64,000 bases of DNA, from the IMG/VR virus record IMGVR_UViG_3300049144_000052, positions 12,594-76,593 of that record. The stretch is one strand, 5' to 3'. Made by a program: the position numbers and the translations under genes. Shown in pieces: positions 16,962 to 27,628 of this stretch. Under the pieces are notes generated by a model that did no database searches, had not been told where the DNA came from, and saw nothing but the letters and a program-made list of their open reading frames with translations. The stretch is from a virus (Duplodnaviria > Caudoviricetes). Position 1 is the first letter of the stretch; each line of letters begins with the position of its first letter.

Positions 16962-19900
16962 ATGGCGATCAGCGTTGGCTCCGTCGAGGTTGATGTCGTC
17001 CCCAACACTCGCGGCATCTACAACCAGTTGCGTGGTGCTCTCGTGCCTGCGGCGACGCGGGCTGGCGAGGACGCCGGCAATGCTGCTGGGCGGGCGTTTG
17101 GGCCCGCGATGCGGTCCGAGGTGGGCGGCATCGGCCTGCAGATTGGCGAGCAGATCGGTCGGCAGATCGCCGCCCGTATCAGTGCGTCGGTGCGCGGTGC
17201 TCTGCGGGACGGGGTCACGCAGGGCGGCCAGACGGCGCGCCCTGCGGCGACCCGGCAGGGCGAGGAGACTGGTGGCGCTTTCGCGCGCTCGCTGCGGGCC
17301 AAGCTGCAGGAAGCGTTCCGGTCGATGCCGAAGCTCAACGTGTCGCTTTCCGACACTGGGGTGGACGCGGACCTGGCCCGCCTTCGGGCCCGCATGGAAA
17401 CCCTGTCAAACAAGACCATCGGCATTGACATCGATGCGGCGACGGCTCGGGCGCAGGCCGCGGACATCGAGGAGCGGCTTCGCCGTCTCGGCGCCGCGCA
17501 CCCGAACGTCGCAGTGCGCGCTGACACGGCGGGTGCGATCGCCCAACTGCAGGCGCTGCAGGCGCAGATCGACGAGGTGTCGGCGGATCCGTTGCGGATC
17601 CGGGTGGAGACGGACGGCGGTCTGGGTGCCCGGCTGCGGGCCGCCGTGCAGCAGGCGGAGGCGTCGCTGCCGAACGTCAACATCGACGCCGATACGACGC
17701 CGGCCCAACTGGAAGTTGCCCGGCTTCGGGCACAGCTGACGCAACTGCGGGATGCTCGGATCGGTATCGATGTTGATGCCGGTACGGCTCTGGCGCGCAT
17801 CGAGGAGATCCAGAACCGCCTGGCGCGGTTGTCGGCGCAGGATGCGGACGTGTCGGTCCGCGTCGATGCGGGGGCGGCGTCGGCACAGCTGGCAGCGTTC
17901 CAAGCGCAGGTCAACCGGCTGGACGGGCAGACCGCGCGGGTCGATGTGGATACGTCGTCGGCCCAGTCGAGCATGGGCATGCTCGTGGCGTCGGCGATCA
18001 TGTTCGGCCCTGCGATCATTCCGGCGCTTCCGGTGATCGCGGCGGGGCTGGGTGCGATCGCGGCTGCGGGTGTGGCGGCTGCCGCCGGGATCGGTGGTAT
18101 CGCGCTGGTGGCGGCCCCGGCGTTCAAGGGCATCGCGGGCGCTCTCACAGCGCAGAAGGCTGCGCAGGATGCGGCGACGAACGCCACCTATCAGGGCGGC
18201 CAGGCGGCCGGGCAGGGCGCGTCGAAGGCTTTGCAGATGGCGGGCGCGCAGCAGGCGCTGGCGTCGGCGCAACGTAATGCGGCCAGGCAGATCTCGGATG
18301 CGGAGCGGGGTGTGTCGGATGCGGTCCGGCAGGCCGCTCAGAACAATGCGCGTGCCGCTGAGCAGGTGAAGTCTGCTCGCCAGTCGTTGGCGGATGCGTA
18401 CACGCAGGCCGCGGAGCGGATGCAGCAGGCGAACGCTGACGTGTCGCGTGCGGAGCGGGATCTCGCGCAGTCGCAGAAGGCCGCCCGGCAGGCGCAGCTG
18501 GATTTGGTCGCGGCCCGTAAGGAGGCCGCGCAGCAGCTGGAGGACCTGAACAACCGTCTGACCGACAGCACGCTGTCGCAGCGGGACGCACAGATTGCAC
18601 TGGCCGAGGCGACGGCCGAACGCGACAAAGTTCTCCGCTCGGAGACGTCGACCGAGCTCGACAAGCAGAAGGCGCTGCTCCAGTACGACCAGGCCGTCCA
18701 GCGCCTGAAGGAGCAGACCACCGAGACGAAGCGCCTCAAGGATGAGACGGCCGCCGCGAACAAGGCGGGCGTCGAAGGCTCGACCACCGTCAAGTCGGCG
18801 CAGGAGCAGCTGGCGAACGCCCAGCAGGACGTCACCGACAAGACGACGGCGCTGAAGACGGCGCAGCAGAACGTCGCCAAGACGCAGATCCAGAACACGC
18901 GCACGATCGCCGAGGCGCAGTCGAAGCTGGCGGAGGCGCAGAAGAACGTTGCGGAGACGCAGCGGCAGGGCGCCGAGACGATCGCCCGCGCCCAGGAGCG
19001 GGTGGTTCAGGCCCAGCAGGCCGGCGCGGACTCGATCGCGTCGGCGCAGCGGCAGATCCAGTCGGCTTCGATTTCGGCGGCCGGCGGGGTGGATCAGGCG
19101 GCGATCGCGCAGGCCAAGTACCGGGCCGAGCTGGCGAAACTGACGCCGTCCGCGCGGGAGACGTTCAACGCGTTCATCGACTTGCGCAAGGTCTTCGGTG
19201 AGTGGTCGAAGGCCCTGCAGCCTGCCGTGATGCCCATCTTCACCCGGGCGCTGGTCGGGCTGAAGAACTCCCTGCCGGGGTTGACGCCGTTCGTGCTGGC
19301 TGCGGCGGATGCGATCAGCGGCCTGCAGGACCGGGTGTCGCGGGGCTTCAAGTCGCCGTGGTGGCAGCAGTTCAAGACTGAACTTGCCGGCTCGGTCGGG
19401 CCTGCGATCACGGGTCTAGGTGTCTCCTTCGGCCGGATCTTCAAGGGCATGGCGGGCATCGTTGATGCCTTCCTGCCGCACATGGACTCCATTTCGGAGC
19501 GCATGCAGCGCATCACCGGCAGGTTCGCGAACTGGGGCACGTCACTGAAGGGTTCGCCGGAGTTCGAGCAGTTCCTCGACTACTCGGCGAAGCACGCCCC
19601 GCTGCTCGCGGAGACCTTCGGCGATATCGGCGGGGCTCTCCTCGACATCGGGCAGGCGCTGGAGCCGGTATCAGGCCCGCTGCTGCAGGTGGTCGGCGCG
19701 CTGGCGCAGGGCCTGAGCTCTATCGCCACCTACCTGCCCGAGCTGGTGCTCGGCATGTACGGGCTGTGGGTTGCGACCCGGTTGTGGGCGGCGGCGCAGG
19801 TCATCGCCAACGGAGCAATGCTCGCCTTCAATCTGATCTCGAAGGCCGGCCCGTGGGGCTGGATCATCCTCGGGATCACCGCGGTGGTTCTTGCGGTGAT

Positions 19901-21926
19901 CTACATGTACCGGCGGTTCGAGTGGTTCCGCGACGGCGTTCAGGCCGTGTGGACGGCGATCCAGACGGTGGCGATGTGGGTGTGGACGACTGTCCTCCAG
20001 CCGGTGTTCTCCGCCATCTGGGGGGCGTTGCAGACGGTGGGCCGGTGGGCGATGTGGCTGTGGACGAACGCCATCAGTCCAGCCTTCAACTTCATCGTCC
20101 TCGCCGGGAAGATCCTGCTGACGGCGATCGTCACCTTGGTCCTGCTGCCGATCATCGCCACGATCAAGATTGTCGGCGCGATCGCGATGTGGCTGTGGAC
20201 CCACGCAATCAAACCCGCTTTCGAGGGTATCGCCGCAGTCGCATCCTGGCTGTGGACGAACGCCATCCAGCCGACGTTCCAGTGGATCGGCGACAAGGCG
20301 AAATGGCTGTGGACCTCGGCTATCAAGCCTGCCTGGGACGGCATCAAGGCTGGCGCCAAGTTCATGTGGGAGAAGGTCCTCCAGCCGATCTTCCGGTACT
20401 TCTGGGAGGGCCTGAAGACGATCGGCGGCTGGGCGTCCTGGCTGTACACGGAGGCCATCAAGCCTGCCTTCGACCGCATCGTGGCGGTCGGGAAGACAGC
20501 TTGGGAGAAGGGCATCAAGCCCGTCTTCGACGGCTGGAAGCTGATCATCAAGGGGCTAGGTGGGCTCTTCGACGATGCGGTCGGCGCGATCGGCACGGCC
20601 TGGGACAAGCTGAAGGGCGTTGCGAAGGCGCCCGTGAAGTTCGTCGTCGACACCGTCTACAACAACGGCATCGTCGGCGTCTGGAACAAGGTCGCTGCGG
20701 CCTTCGGCGCACCCAAGTTGTCGAAGTTCAAGTTCGCCGACGGTGGCGTCATGCCGGGCTACACGCCGGGCCGAGATGTGCACAAGTTCCTGTCCCCGAC
20801 CGGTGGGGCGCTCGAGCTCAGCGGCGGCGAGGCCATCATGCGGCCCGAGTTCACCCGCGCGGTCGGCTCCAGTTTCGTCGGGACGATGAACTCGATCGCC
20901 AAGTCCCGGGGCGCCCAAGGCGTCAAGGCGGCCCTGGCACCCGTGTTCGGCGGCAACCCGAAGACGCCGACCGACCGGTCCCTGCCCTACGCCAACGGCG
21001 GCATCGTGCAGTCCTTCGCGGACGGCGGCATCTTCGGCTGGATCGGCAAAGCCGCATCCACCGTGGCAGGCGCGGGATCGGAAGCCTGGAACGCCATCAA
21101 AAAGGGCGCTTCCTGGATCGGCGACACGCTCGAATCGTCAGCTCGCGCAGGCGTGAAAGCAGTCGTCAACCCGCTCCTGAAGGGCTTCCCCGGCATGGAC
21201 ACCGGGCTCGGCCAGATGATCCGCCACATCCCGGACCAGATCCTGGATGCCCTGTTCGGCTACAGCAAGAAAGCCGACGACAAGGGCGCTGGCGGCATCG
21301 GCGGCCCGCGCATCCAGGCAGGCCTGAAGTGGGCGAAAACCCAGAACGGCAAGCCTTACCAGTGGGGCGGCAACGGCAATCCCAGCTGGGACTGCTCCGG
21401 GTTCATGTCCGCGATCGAGTCCGTCATCCGGGGCCAGAAGCCTCACCGGCGGTGGGCAACGGGGGCGTTCTCCGGGAAGACCGCGCCTCCCGGCTGGGTG
21501 TACCACGGCAACTCGCCGTTCCGCATCGGCATCACCAACGACGGTGTCGGGCACACCGCGGGCACGTTGGGCCGCACCAACGTGGAGTCGCGTGGCGGTG
21601 ACGGCGTCATCGTCGGCCCGCGGGCACGCGGCTACAAGGCGCCGCTGTTCGACTCGTGGTACGGCTTCAAACCGGGGTCTTACGACAGTGGCGGCTACCT
21701 GCAGCCCGGCATGAACATGGCGTTCAACGGCACCGGGCGCCCGGAGCCGGTCTTCACGACGGCGCAGGCCAACGCGCTCACCTCGCTGGCGGCGCGGTCG
21801 GCGTCGCAGCAGCTCGGCGACCTGTCTGTGTCGGTGTTCGTCGGCAACGAGCAGATCACCGACATCGCCCGCACCGAAGTGCGGACGGCGCAGGGCGAGC
21901 TCATTCAGGTACTCAACGCGGGCTGA
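16962..21926 (+). CDS. tape measure protein with C-terminal NlpC/P60-like hydrolase domain
   Basis: About 1650 aa, Ala/Gln-rich coiled coil, W-rich repeats (AIKPAF..WLW), then KPYQWGG..WDCSGFMS..GHT. Confidence 0.95.
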   Translation: MAISVGSVEVDVVPNTRGIYNQLRGALVPAATRAGEDAGNAAGRAFGPAMRSEVGGIGLQIGEQIGRQIAARISASVRGALRDGVTQGGQTARPAATRQGEETGGAFARSLRAKLQEAFRSMPKLNVSLSDTGVDADLARLRARMETLSNKTIGIDIDAATARAQAADIEERLRRLGAAHPNVAVRADTAGAIAQLQALQAQIDEVSADPLRIRVETDGGLGARLRAAVQQAEASLPNVNIDADTTPAQLEVARLRAQLTQLRDARIGIDVDAGTALARIEEIQNRLARLSAQDADVSVRVDAGAASAQLAAFQAQVNRLDGQTARVDVDTSSAQSSMGMLVASAIMFGPAIIPALPVIAAGLGAIAAAGVAAAAGIGGIALVAAPAFKGIAGALTAQKAAQDAATNATYQGGQAAGQGASKALQMAGAQQALASAQRNAARQISDAERGVSDAVRQAAQNNARAAEQVKSARQSLADAYTQAAERMQQANADVSRAERDLAQSQKAARQAQLDLVAARKEAAQQLEDLNNRLTDSTLSQRDAQIALAEATAERDKVLRSETSTELDKQKALLQYDQAVQRLKEQTTETKRLKDETAAANKAGVEGSTTVKSAQEQLANAQQDVTDKTTALKTAQQNVAKTQIQNTRTIAEAQSKLAEAQKNVAETQRQGAETIARAQERVVQAQQAGADSIASAQRQIQSASISAAGGVDQAAIAQAKYRAELAKLTPSARETFNAFIDLRKVFGEWSKALQPAVMPIFTRALVGLKNSLPGLTPFVLAAADAISGLQDRVSRGFKSPWWQQFKTELAGSVGPAITGLGVSFGRIFKGMAGIVDAFLPHMDSISERMQRITGRFANWGTSLKGSPEFEQFLDYSAKHAPLLAETFGDIGGALLDIGQALEPVSGPLLQVVGALAQGLSSIATYLPELVLGMYGLWVATRLWAAAQVIANGAMLAFNLISKAGPWGWIILGITAVVLAVIYMYRRFEWFRDGVQAVWTAIQTVAMWVWTTVLQPVFSAIWGALQTVGRWAMWLWTNAISPAFNFIVLAGKILLTAIVTLVLLPIIATIKIVGAIAMWLWTHAIKPAFEGIAAVASWLWTNAIQPTFQWIGDKAKWLWTSAIKPAWDGIKAGAKFMWEKVLQPIFRYFWEGLKTIGGWASWLYTEAIKPAFDRIVAVGKTAWEKGIKPVFDGWKLIIKGLGGLFDDAVGAIGTAWDKLKGVAKAPVKFVVDTVYNNGIVGVWNKVAAAFGAPKLSKFKFADGGVMPGYTPGRDVHKFLSPTGGALELSGGEAIMRPEFTRAVGSSFVGTMNSIAKSRGAQGVKAALAPVFGGNPKTPTDRSLPYANGGIVQSFADGGIFGWIGKAASTVAGAGSEAWNAIKKGASWIGDTLESSARAGVKAVVNPLLKGFPGMDTGLGQMIRHIPDQILDALFGYSKKADDKGAGGIGGPRIQAGLKWAKTQNGKPYQWGGNGNPSWDCSGFMSAIESVIRGQKPHRRWATGAFSGKTAPPGWVYHGNSPFRIGITNDGVGHTAGTLGRTNVESRGGDGVIVGPRARGYKAPLFDSWYGFKPGSYDSGGYLQPGMNMAFNGTGRPEPVFTTAQANALTSLAARSASQQLGDLSVSVFVGNEQITDIARTEVRTAQGELIQVLNAG

Positions 21927-21935
21927 GGAGGAATC

Positions 21936-24164
21936 TTGGCGATCCCCGGAAACCTCCTCAGCCCGACCACCGAGAGCATTGACCCGAACACCTCTGGCTG
22001 GACGCCGAAGCTGAACTGCACGATCGCCAAGGGCATCGGTGGCAGGAACGGCGACGGCTGCCTCGCCGTCAAGAGTGTGGCGGCCGGCGAGATGCAGGTC
22101 CGCACCGTCTCCTCCTACCCGGTCACCGCAGGCACCGTCTACTACACGTTCGCGGACACGGCCGGGGTGGTGGGGGAGCGGATCGGCATCCGCTGGCTCA
22201 ACAGCGCCGGCGGCGAGGTCGGGGTGGCCTGGTCGGCGACGACAGCCGGGTCCTCGTCGTCATGGCACCGGGTCAGCGTGGCCGGTGTAGCGCCGTCCGG
22301 GACCACAAAAGCCCAGGTGCTCCTCGGCAGCACCGAGACGGGCGCGAACGTCAACCACTACTGGGAGAACGTCTACCTGGGACTACCGGTCCGGGTGCTC
22401 GGTAACCTGCTCCCCTTCAACACGGAGTCGTCGGAGGTCGACGCCTCCGGATGGACGCCCGTCGTCAACGCCAGCATCAGCCGCCAGGTGCCAGTGATGA
22501 GCTGGGCTGTCAACAACTACTACGCCGGTGGGCACGCCCTGGCGCTGACCGCGGTCGCCGCTGGCAACGCATCGATCCTGACGGTGGAGCGGCCCACCGT
22601 GACGCCGTTCACCGAATACCTGGCCTACGCCTACCTGCAGCCGCCGACGATCGCCTCCACGTGCTGGATCGAACTCCGCTTCTACGACGTCAACGGCAAC
22701 CAGGTCGGCGCCCAACGGTCCACGTTGGCGCCGCCGACGCCGGCGACAGGCATGTACCGGCAGCGGGCGTCGATGGTGGCGCCGGCGAATGCGGCTACCT
22801 GCTCGGTGGCGGCGGGCCTGGATTCGGCGTCGGCCGGGCAGGTGCTGCGACTGGAGACGGTCGTCGTTACCGTGGCGCCGAAGCTGCAGGCCGGCTCGGT
22901 GCTCCCGTATGCGGACTCCAGCTTCGAGCAGGGCATCGCCGGGTGGACGGTTGCGTCGGGTGTCGCGACGATCGCCCGCACCACCCCGTGGGGGCTGTCC
23001 GCATTCGATGGCTCCTACGCGCTCGCCATCACCTCATCCACTGCCACCGCCTCCACAATCCGCTCAGCGAAGTTCCCGGTCCACGCGGGCACGAACTGGC
23101 GAGCCCAGATGCTCGCCCACCCGGCGGCCGGCACGTGGTCTTCAGCGACAACCCGGATCCACTGGTACGACGCCGCGAACACGGACCTCGGCACTTCTAC
23201 CGGCACGACTTTCGCTCTGCCTGGCACGTCTTGGTATGTGATCCCCACCGATGCGGTCGCGCCTGCAGGGGCGACGCAGGCCGCGGTAGAGCTGGCGGCT
23301 ACAGCGTCGACGACGGCCAGTGTCCTGCACGTTGACCAGGTGGTGCTGTGGGAGGTTTTGCCGCTTACCGCGGTGGAGGCGCACTCGAGCGACGGCTACG
23401 TCGAGTTGACGTTGCGGGAGCTGATCCTCGACTACGAACTGTCCGTGTTCCGGGAGCTGCAGGATGGGTCCCGCACTCTGGTGCGGGGCCCGTATGGGCT
23501 GATCGACCACCAGGTCATCTCTTCTGATCTGATGGTGATCGAGGACCATGAGGCGCCGTTGAACGTGCCGGTCAGGTACTACATCGAGCAGTGGCCGCCC
23601 GGATCGCTCACCGCATCCACCCGCACCACCGGCTACGTCACCATCACCCTCGACGACATCAACCAGGTGTGGCTGAAGGACCCGGGCAACCCGCAACGCA
23701 ACATGAAGGTGCTGGTAGCGAAGGCCCCGGACTGGAACCGGCCCATCGACCAAGCCAGCTACGTCGTCCGCGGCCGACGCAACAAAGTCACGCTCAGCGG
23801 GAAACGCCAAGGGCTGGAGGGCGACCTCGCGATCTGGACTCTGTCCGACCAGCAGCGCAAAGCCCTGCACCTGCTCCTCGACGACGGCAACGTCCTGCTG
23901 TGGCAGGCCGCACCCGGGATGGGCGTCGACGACATGTACGTGTCCTTCGGCCAAGTCCCGGAGGCGCGGACGGGCGGGCTGGCGCAGGAGCAGATGCGGG
24001 CCTGGACGCTGCCGCTCGTCGAGCAGGACATGCCGGTCACGGTCGGTGTCGGCGGACCGGCAGGCCGCACCTGGCAGGACGTCGTCACCGAGTTCGCGAC
24101 CTGCGCCGATCTGCTGCCCGTGTACGCGACCAGCGAGGATCTGCTGCTCGACCGAAGGCGGTGA
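21936..24164 (+). CDS. minor tail (distal tail-like) protein with repeated carbohydrate-binding-like modules
   Basis: Three related repeats (NLL..ES.E....GW / SFEQGIAGW..IRWY/LRFY); follows the tape measure gene. Confidence 0.7.
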   Translation: MAIPGNLLSPTTESIDPNTSGWTPKLNCTIAKGIGGRNGDGCLAVKSVAAGEMQVRTVSSYPVTAGTVYYTFADTAGVVGERIGIRWLNSAGGEVGVAWSATTAGSSSSWHRVSVAGVAPSGTTKAQVLLGSTETGANVNHYWENVYLGLPVRVLGNLLPFNTESSEVDASGWTPVVNASISRQVPVMSWAVNNYYAGGHALALTAVAAGNASILTVERPTVTPFTEYLAYAYLQPPTIASTCWIELRFYDVNGNQVGAQRSTLAPPTPATGMYRQRASMVAPANAATCSVAAGLDSASAGQVLRLETVVVTVAPKLQAGSVLPYADSSFEQGIAGWTVASGVATIARTTPWGLSAFDGSYALAITSSTATASTIRSAKFPVHAGTNWRAQMLAHPAAGTWSSATTRIHWYDAANTDLGTSTGTTFALPGTSWYVIPTDAVAPAGATQAAVELAATASTTASVLHVDQVVLWEVLPLTAVEAHSSDGYVELTLRELILDYELSVFRELQDGSRTLVRGPYGLIDHQVISSDLMVIEDHEAPLNVPVRYYIEQWPPGSLTASTRTTGYVTITLDDINQVWLKDPGNPQRNMKVLVAKAPDWNRPIDQASYVVRGRRNKVTLSGKRQGLEGDLAIWTLSDQQRKALHLLLDDGNVLLWQAAPGMGVDDMYVSFGQVPEARTGGLAQEQMRAWTLPLVEQDMPVTVGVGGPAGRTWQDVVTEFATCADLLPVYATSEDLLLDRRR

Positions 24165-24167
24165 GGC

Positions 24168-25262
24168 GTGTACGCCGTCTCCGACCGGTTCCTGAAGCGC
24201 CTCGCCGAAAGCCACACGCCGGTCACCCTGGTGCAGCTGCTGCTGACAGACGGGCGCACCGTCGACCTGGAGCACACGGGCGGCAGCGTCACCGTGGACC
24301 GCGGGCAGGCCATCCGCCGCACCTGCACCGTCACCGTCGCTGACCCGTCGCTGATTCCCAGGACGCCAGCTGACCAGCTCGCCACCTACGGCGCGCAGCT
24401 GCGAATCTCGCGGGGCGTCGAGTACGGCAACGCCGACGACGTGGAACTCGTGCCACTCGGCGTGTTCCGCCTCGACTCCGTGGACGGCGATGTCAACGAG
24501 GGCCCGGTCACCCTGGCGGGGAAAGACCTGTCGGCGATCGTCGCCGACGACAAGCTCACCGCCCCCTACACGGCGTCAGGCACCGTCGTCAGCGCGGTCA
24601 CCGCCCTCATCCAGCGGTCCATCCCGACAGCCGCCGTCATCAGCAGCATCGTCGACCAGGGCATCGGGAAACGCACGTTCGACGTCGAGGCCGACCCGTG
24701 GGCTGGCTGCCAGGAGATCGCATCCGGTGCCGGCGCCGAGGTCTACTGCAACCCGGACGGCGTGTTCGTCATCGCCACCCTGCCCGACCTGGCGACAGCC
24801 ACCCCGGTGTGGGAGATCGCAGCGGCTGAGGGCGGCGCCTACATCAAGGCAAACCGCGGCATGTCCAGCGCGGGCGTAAACAACGGCGTGCTGGCCCGCG
24901 GCGAGAACACCAGCGAGAACGCGCCCCCGGTCCAGTACCTGGCCATCGATGGCGACCCCAACAGCCCTACCTACTGGGGCGGCCCGTTCGGACGCCGACC
25001 CGATTTCTTCACGTCCAGCACCCTGACGACGACCGCCGCCTGCCAGAACGCGGCCACCCTGAAGCTGGCCCAGGCCAAGGCGCCAAACGCCACCGGAGAC
25101 ATCAGCTCCCTCCCGAACCCAGCCCTTGAATCGGGCGATGTGCTGCGGGTGCAGCACGAGGACGGCAGCCGCGAACTCCACCAGGCCGCCAGCTTCACCG
25201 TGCCCCTCGACCTCGGCGGCGACTTCCCCATCAGCACGATCAGCGCCAAGGAGGACGCGTGA
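24168..25262 (+). CDS. minor tail / baseplate hub protein (DUF5047-like)
   Basis: TGGSVTVDRGQAIRRTCTVT, VPLGVFRLD, PNPALE.GD. Confidence 0.75.
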   Translation: MYAVSDRFLKRLAESHTPVTLVQLLLTDGRTVDLEHTGGSVTVDRGQAIRRTCTVTVADPSLIPRTPADQLATYGAQLRISRGVEYGNADDVELVPLGVFRLDSVDGDVNEGPVTLAGKDLSAIVADDKLTAPYTASGTVVSAVTALIQRSIPTAAVISSIVDQGIGKRTFDVEADPWAGCQEIASGAGAEVYCNPDGVFVIATLPDLATATPVWEIAAAEGGAYIKANRGMSSAGVNNGVLARGENTSENAPPVQYLAIDGDPNSPTYWGGPFGRRPDFFTSSTLTTTAACQNAATLKLAQAKAPNATGDISSLPNPALESGDVLRVQHEDGSRELHQAASFTVPLDLGGDFPISTISAKEDA

Positions 25263-25861
25263 CGAAGTCCTCGCACGCCTCCACCCGCGACCTCAAGTAC
25301 GCGATCCAGCAGGCAGCGAAACGCACCGGCGAACAGGCCCCCAGCGTGCGCGGCTCCGACTGGCGGCTCGCCACCGTCACTGCAGACAACGCAGACGGCA
25401 CCGTCGACGCCGACGGCATCCCTGACATCCGCTGCATGGAGACCTACTCCCAGCCCCGAGTCGGTGACCTCATCGTCATCACCCAGTCCTCCTCAGGGAA
25501 CTGGCTGGCCTGGGGACGCACCGCGACAGCAGCCCCAGACTGGACACCACTCACCCTGGCCTCCGGATTCCAGAACCCAGGCCACGGCTACACCGCCTCC
25601 TACCTGCGGCAGGGGCACCGCGTCTGGCTACGCGGACGCATCGGCCCGACATCGGGGACGATCGCCGACAACGCCACCTTGCTCACCCTGCCGGCTGCGA
25701 TCCAGCCCGCCGCGGTGTGCGCGTGGGCTGTGGTGAGGGACGCGACGGTAATGCCGGCCGTGTGCCGCCTGGAGATCAGCCTTGGCGGCATCGTGCGCAC
25801 CTTCCAGTCCTCGAATCTGCCGTCGTGGGTTGCCCTCGACGGCATCAGCTACACGATCTAG
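25259..25861 (+). CDS. minor tail protein
   Basis: GTGA overlap; tail-tip position. Confidence 0.65.
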   Translation: MTKSSHASTRDLKYAIQQAAKRTGEQAPSVRGSDWRLATVTADNADGTVDADGIPDIRCMETYSQPRVGDLIVITQSSSGNWLAWGRTATAAPDWTPLTLASGFQNPGHGYTASYLRQGHRVWLRGRIGPTSGTIADNATLLTLPAAIQPAAVCAWAVVRDATVMPAVCRLEISLGGIVRTFQSSNLPSWVALDGISYTI

Positions 25862-25869
25862 GAGGCCCT

Positions 25870-26514
25870 GTGCCGGAGCCCGATGACTGGGGCCAGGGCA
25901 TTGATCTCTGGCAGCTCACCGACGCGCCCAGCATTCCCGCCGCGATCCAGGCCCTGGCGGTGGGGTTGATCCCGCGTAGCAACATGCGGTTCGCGTCAGC
26001 TGCGGCGCGTAACGCGGCGATCGACAGCCCTGAGGAGGGCATGCAGGCGTGGCTGATCGCCGAGGGCCGTCTGGAGATCTACCGCAACGGGTCCTGGCTG
26101 CCCTGGCCGCCGGTCCCTGTGCAGACCTTTCAGGTGTCGGACGCCCCGTACAACGCCACCCAGACCACCACGGACTATTCGTCGTCGGCTTGGCCGCGCC
26201 CGCAGTTCGTGGCGCCGCCGTCGGGTCGCGCCTACGTGACGATCGGCGCGGCGGTCTCCAACTACAACACAGACACGTCGACGATCTGGGCTGCGTGGCG
26301 GGCCACCGGCTCCATGGGGTACAGCTACATCGACCTCACCAAGACCGGTATCTCCGCTCAGGGAACACGCGTGGTCGCGTCGCGGCGGCTGATGCTCACC
26401 GGCATGACGCCGGGGGAAACCATCACGATCATCCCGCAGTGGAACATCAGCTCCGGATCAGCGTCCAAGGCAGAGACCAGCGGCGGTGTCCTCCTCGTCG
26501 AACCCGCACCATGA
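25870..26514 (+). CDS. minor tail protein / fibre
   Basis: GGAGG RBS; MRFASAAARNAA..P.EGM.AWL motif of actinophage tail proteins. Confidence 0.65.
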   Translation: MPEPDDWGQGIDLWQLTDAPSIPAAIQALAVGLIPRSNMRFASAAARNAAIDSPEEGMQAWLIAEGRLEIYRNGSWLPWPPVPVQTFQVSDAPYNATQTTTDYSSSAWPRPQFVAPPSGRAYVTIGAAVSNYNTDTSTIWAAWRATGSMGYSYIDLTKTGISAQGTRVVASRRLMLTGMTPGETITIIPQWNISSGSASKAETSGGVLLVEPAP

Positions 26515-26575
26515 CCTGCCGCACCCTGCTCGCCCCGCGCCGTTCGCCGGGGCCTTCTTCATTCCTGGAGGCCTC

Positions 26576-27628
26576 ATGGCCAAGACCGGCCCGCAGCGGT
26601 ACCCGGGCGCCAGCACGGCCTACTGGTACGGGGCGAAGTACCCAGGCTCCGCGATGGAGTCGAACGTCATCGTCTGGCACACCACGGAAGGGACCTCCCT
26701 GCCGTCCTACGACGGCGGATCGCAGGCCCCCACCTTCACAGCCAAGCCCAACTGGGCTGCTCAGAAGCTGGACTGGTACCAGCACTTCGACTTCGACGTC
26801 TCGGCCCGCGCCCTCGTCAACCTCGCCGGCGGCGTGGAGACGAACACGCTGAATGCGGTGCAGGTGGAGATCGTCGGCACCTGCGACCCTGCCGCCCACA
26901 GCAAGTGGGTGAAGGCTGGCTACCAGCACCTGTACGCCCCTGAGTTGCCGAACTGGGCGATCCGCGACCTGGGTGCTTTTGCGCGGTGGGCGCACGACAA
27001 CCACGGCGTGCCCCTCGCCGCCGATGTGACGTTCAAGGCGTATCCGGGCAGCTACGGCACCAGCAACGGCGTCCGCATGTCCGCCGCAAGGTGGAACAGC
27101 TTCACCGGGCACTGCGGCCACCAGCACGTCCCCGAGAACCTCCACGGCGACCCGGGCGCACTGCCGATCGCCGCGATCCTCACCGCCGCCAAGGGCGGCG
27201 CCACCACCCCGCCCGAGGAGAACGACGTGGCACTCACCGACGCCGAAATCAACAAGATCGCTGACGCCGTTTTCAAGAAGATCGCGGCAGGCGACGGCGT
27301 CCTCGAAGGCGCCGACCTCAAGCGCGTCTGGGCTGTCGACGCCATCCCCGCCGCACGGCCGCCCTACCACAACACCGACTACTACCAGGCAGACGGCAAA
27401 ACCCTCAACAACACGACGTGGACCGCCGGATACACGCAGCAGACCCAAACCGAGGGGATCCGCGAGGCAGTCACCCTGATCAAGCAGCTCGCGGGTAACA
27501 GCGGCACGATGCAGCTGTCGGACTCGCAGATCGCCACGCTCGGCGCCGTGATCGCCGCGAACCCAGCGCTGGCAGAGCGGATTGCGGACCTGGTCGCGAC
27601 GAAGCTCGCGGAACGGCTCGCCGAATGA
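26576..27628 (+). CDS. endolysin, N-acetylmuramoyl-L-alanine amidase
   Basis: IVWHTTEG..VQVEIVG..HCGHQHVPENLHGDPG zinc-amidase motifs. Confidence 0.9.
   Translation: MAKTGPQRYPGASTAYWYGAKYPGSAMESNVIVWHTTEGTSLPSYDGGSQAPTFTAKPNWAAQKLDWYQHFDFDVSARALVNLAGGVETNTLNAVQVEIVGTCDPAAHSKWVKAGYQHLYAPELPNWAIRDLGAFARWAHDNHGVPLAADVTFKAYPGSYGTSNGVRMSAARWNSFTGHCGHQHVPENLHGDPGALPIAAILTAAKGGATTPPEENDVALTDAEINKIADAVFKKIAAGDGVLEGADLKRVWAVDAIPAARPPYHNTDYYQADGKTLNNTTWTAGYTQQTQTEGIREAVTLIKQLAGNSGTMQLSDSQIATLGAVIAANPALAERIADLVATKLAERLAE

Noticed and set aside
19700-20600. Diversity-generating or tandem DNA repeat system in the tape measure gene
   Set aside because: These are ordinary Trp-rich tape-measure protein repeats; no reverse transcriptase or template/variable repeat pair seen in the window
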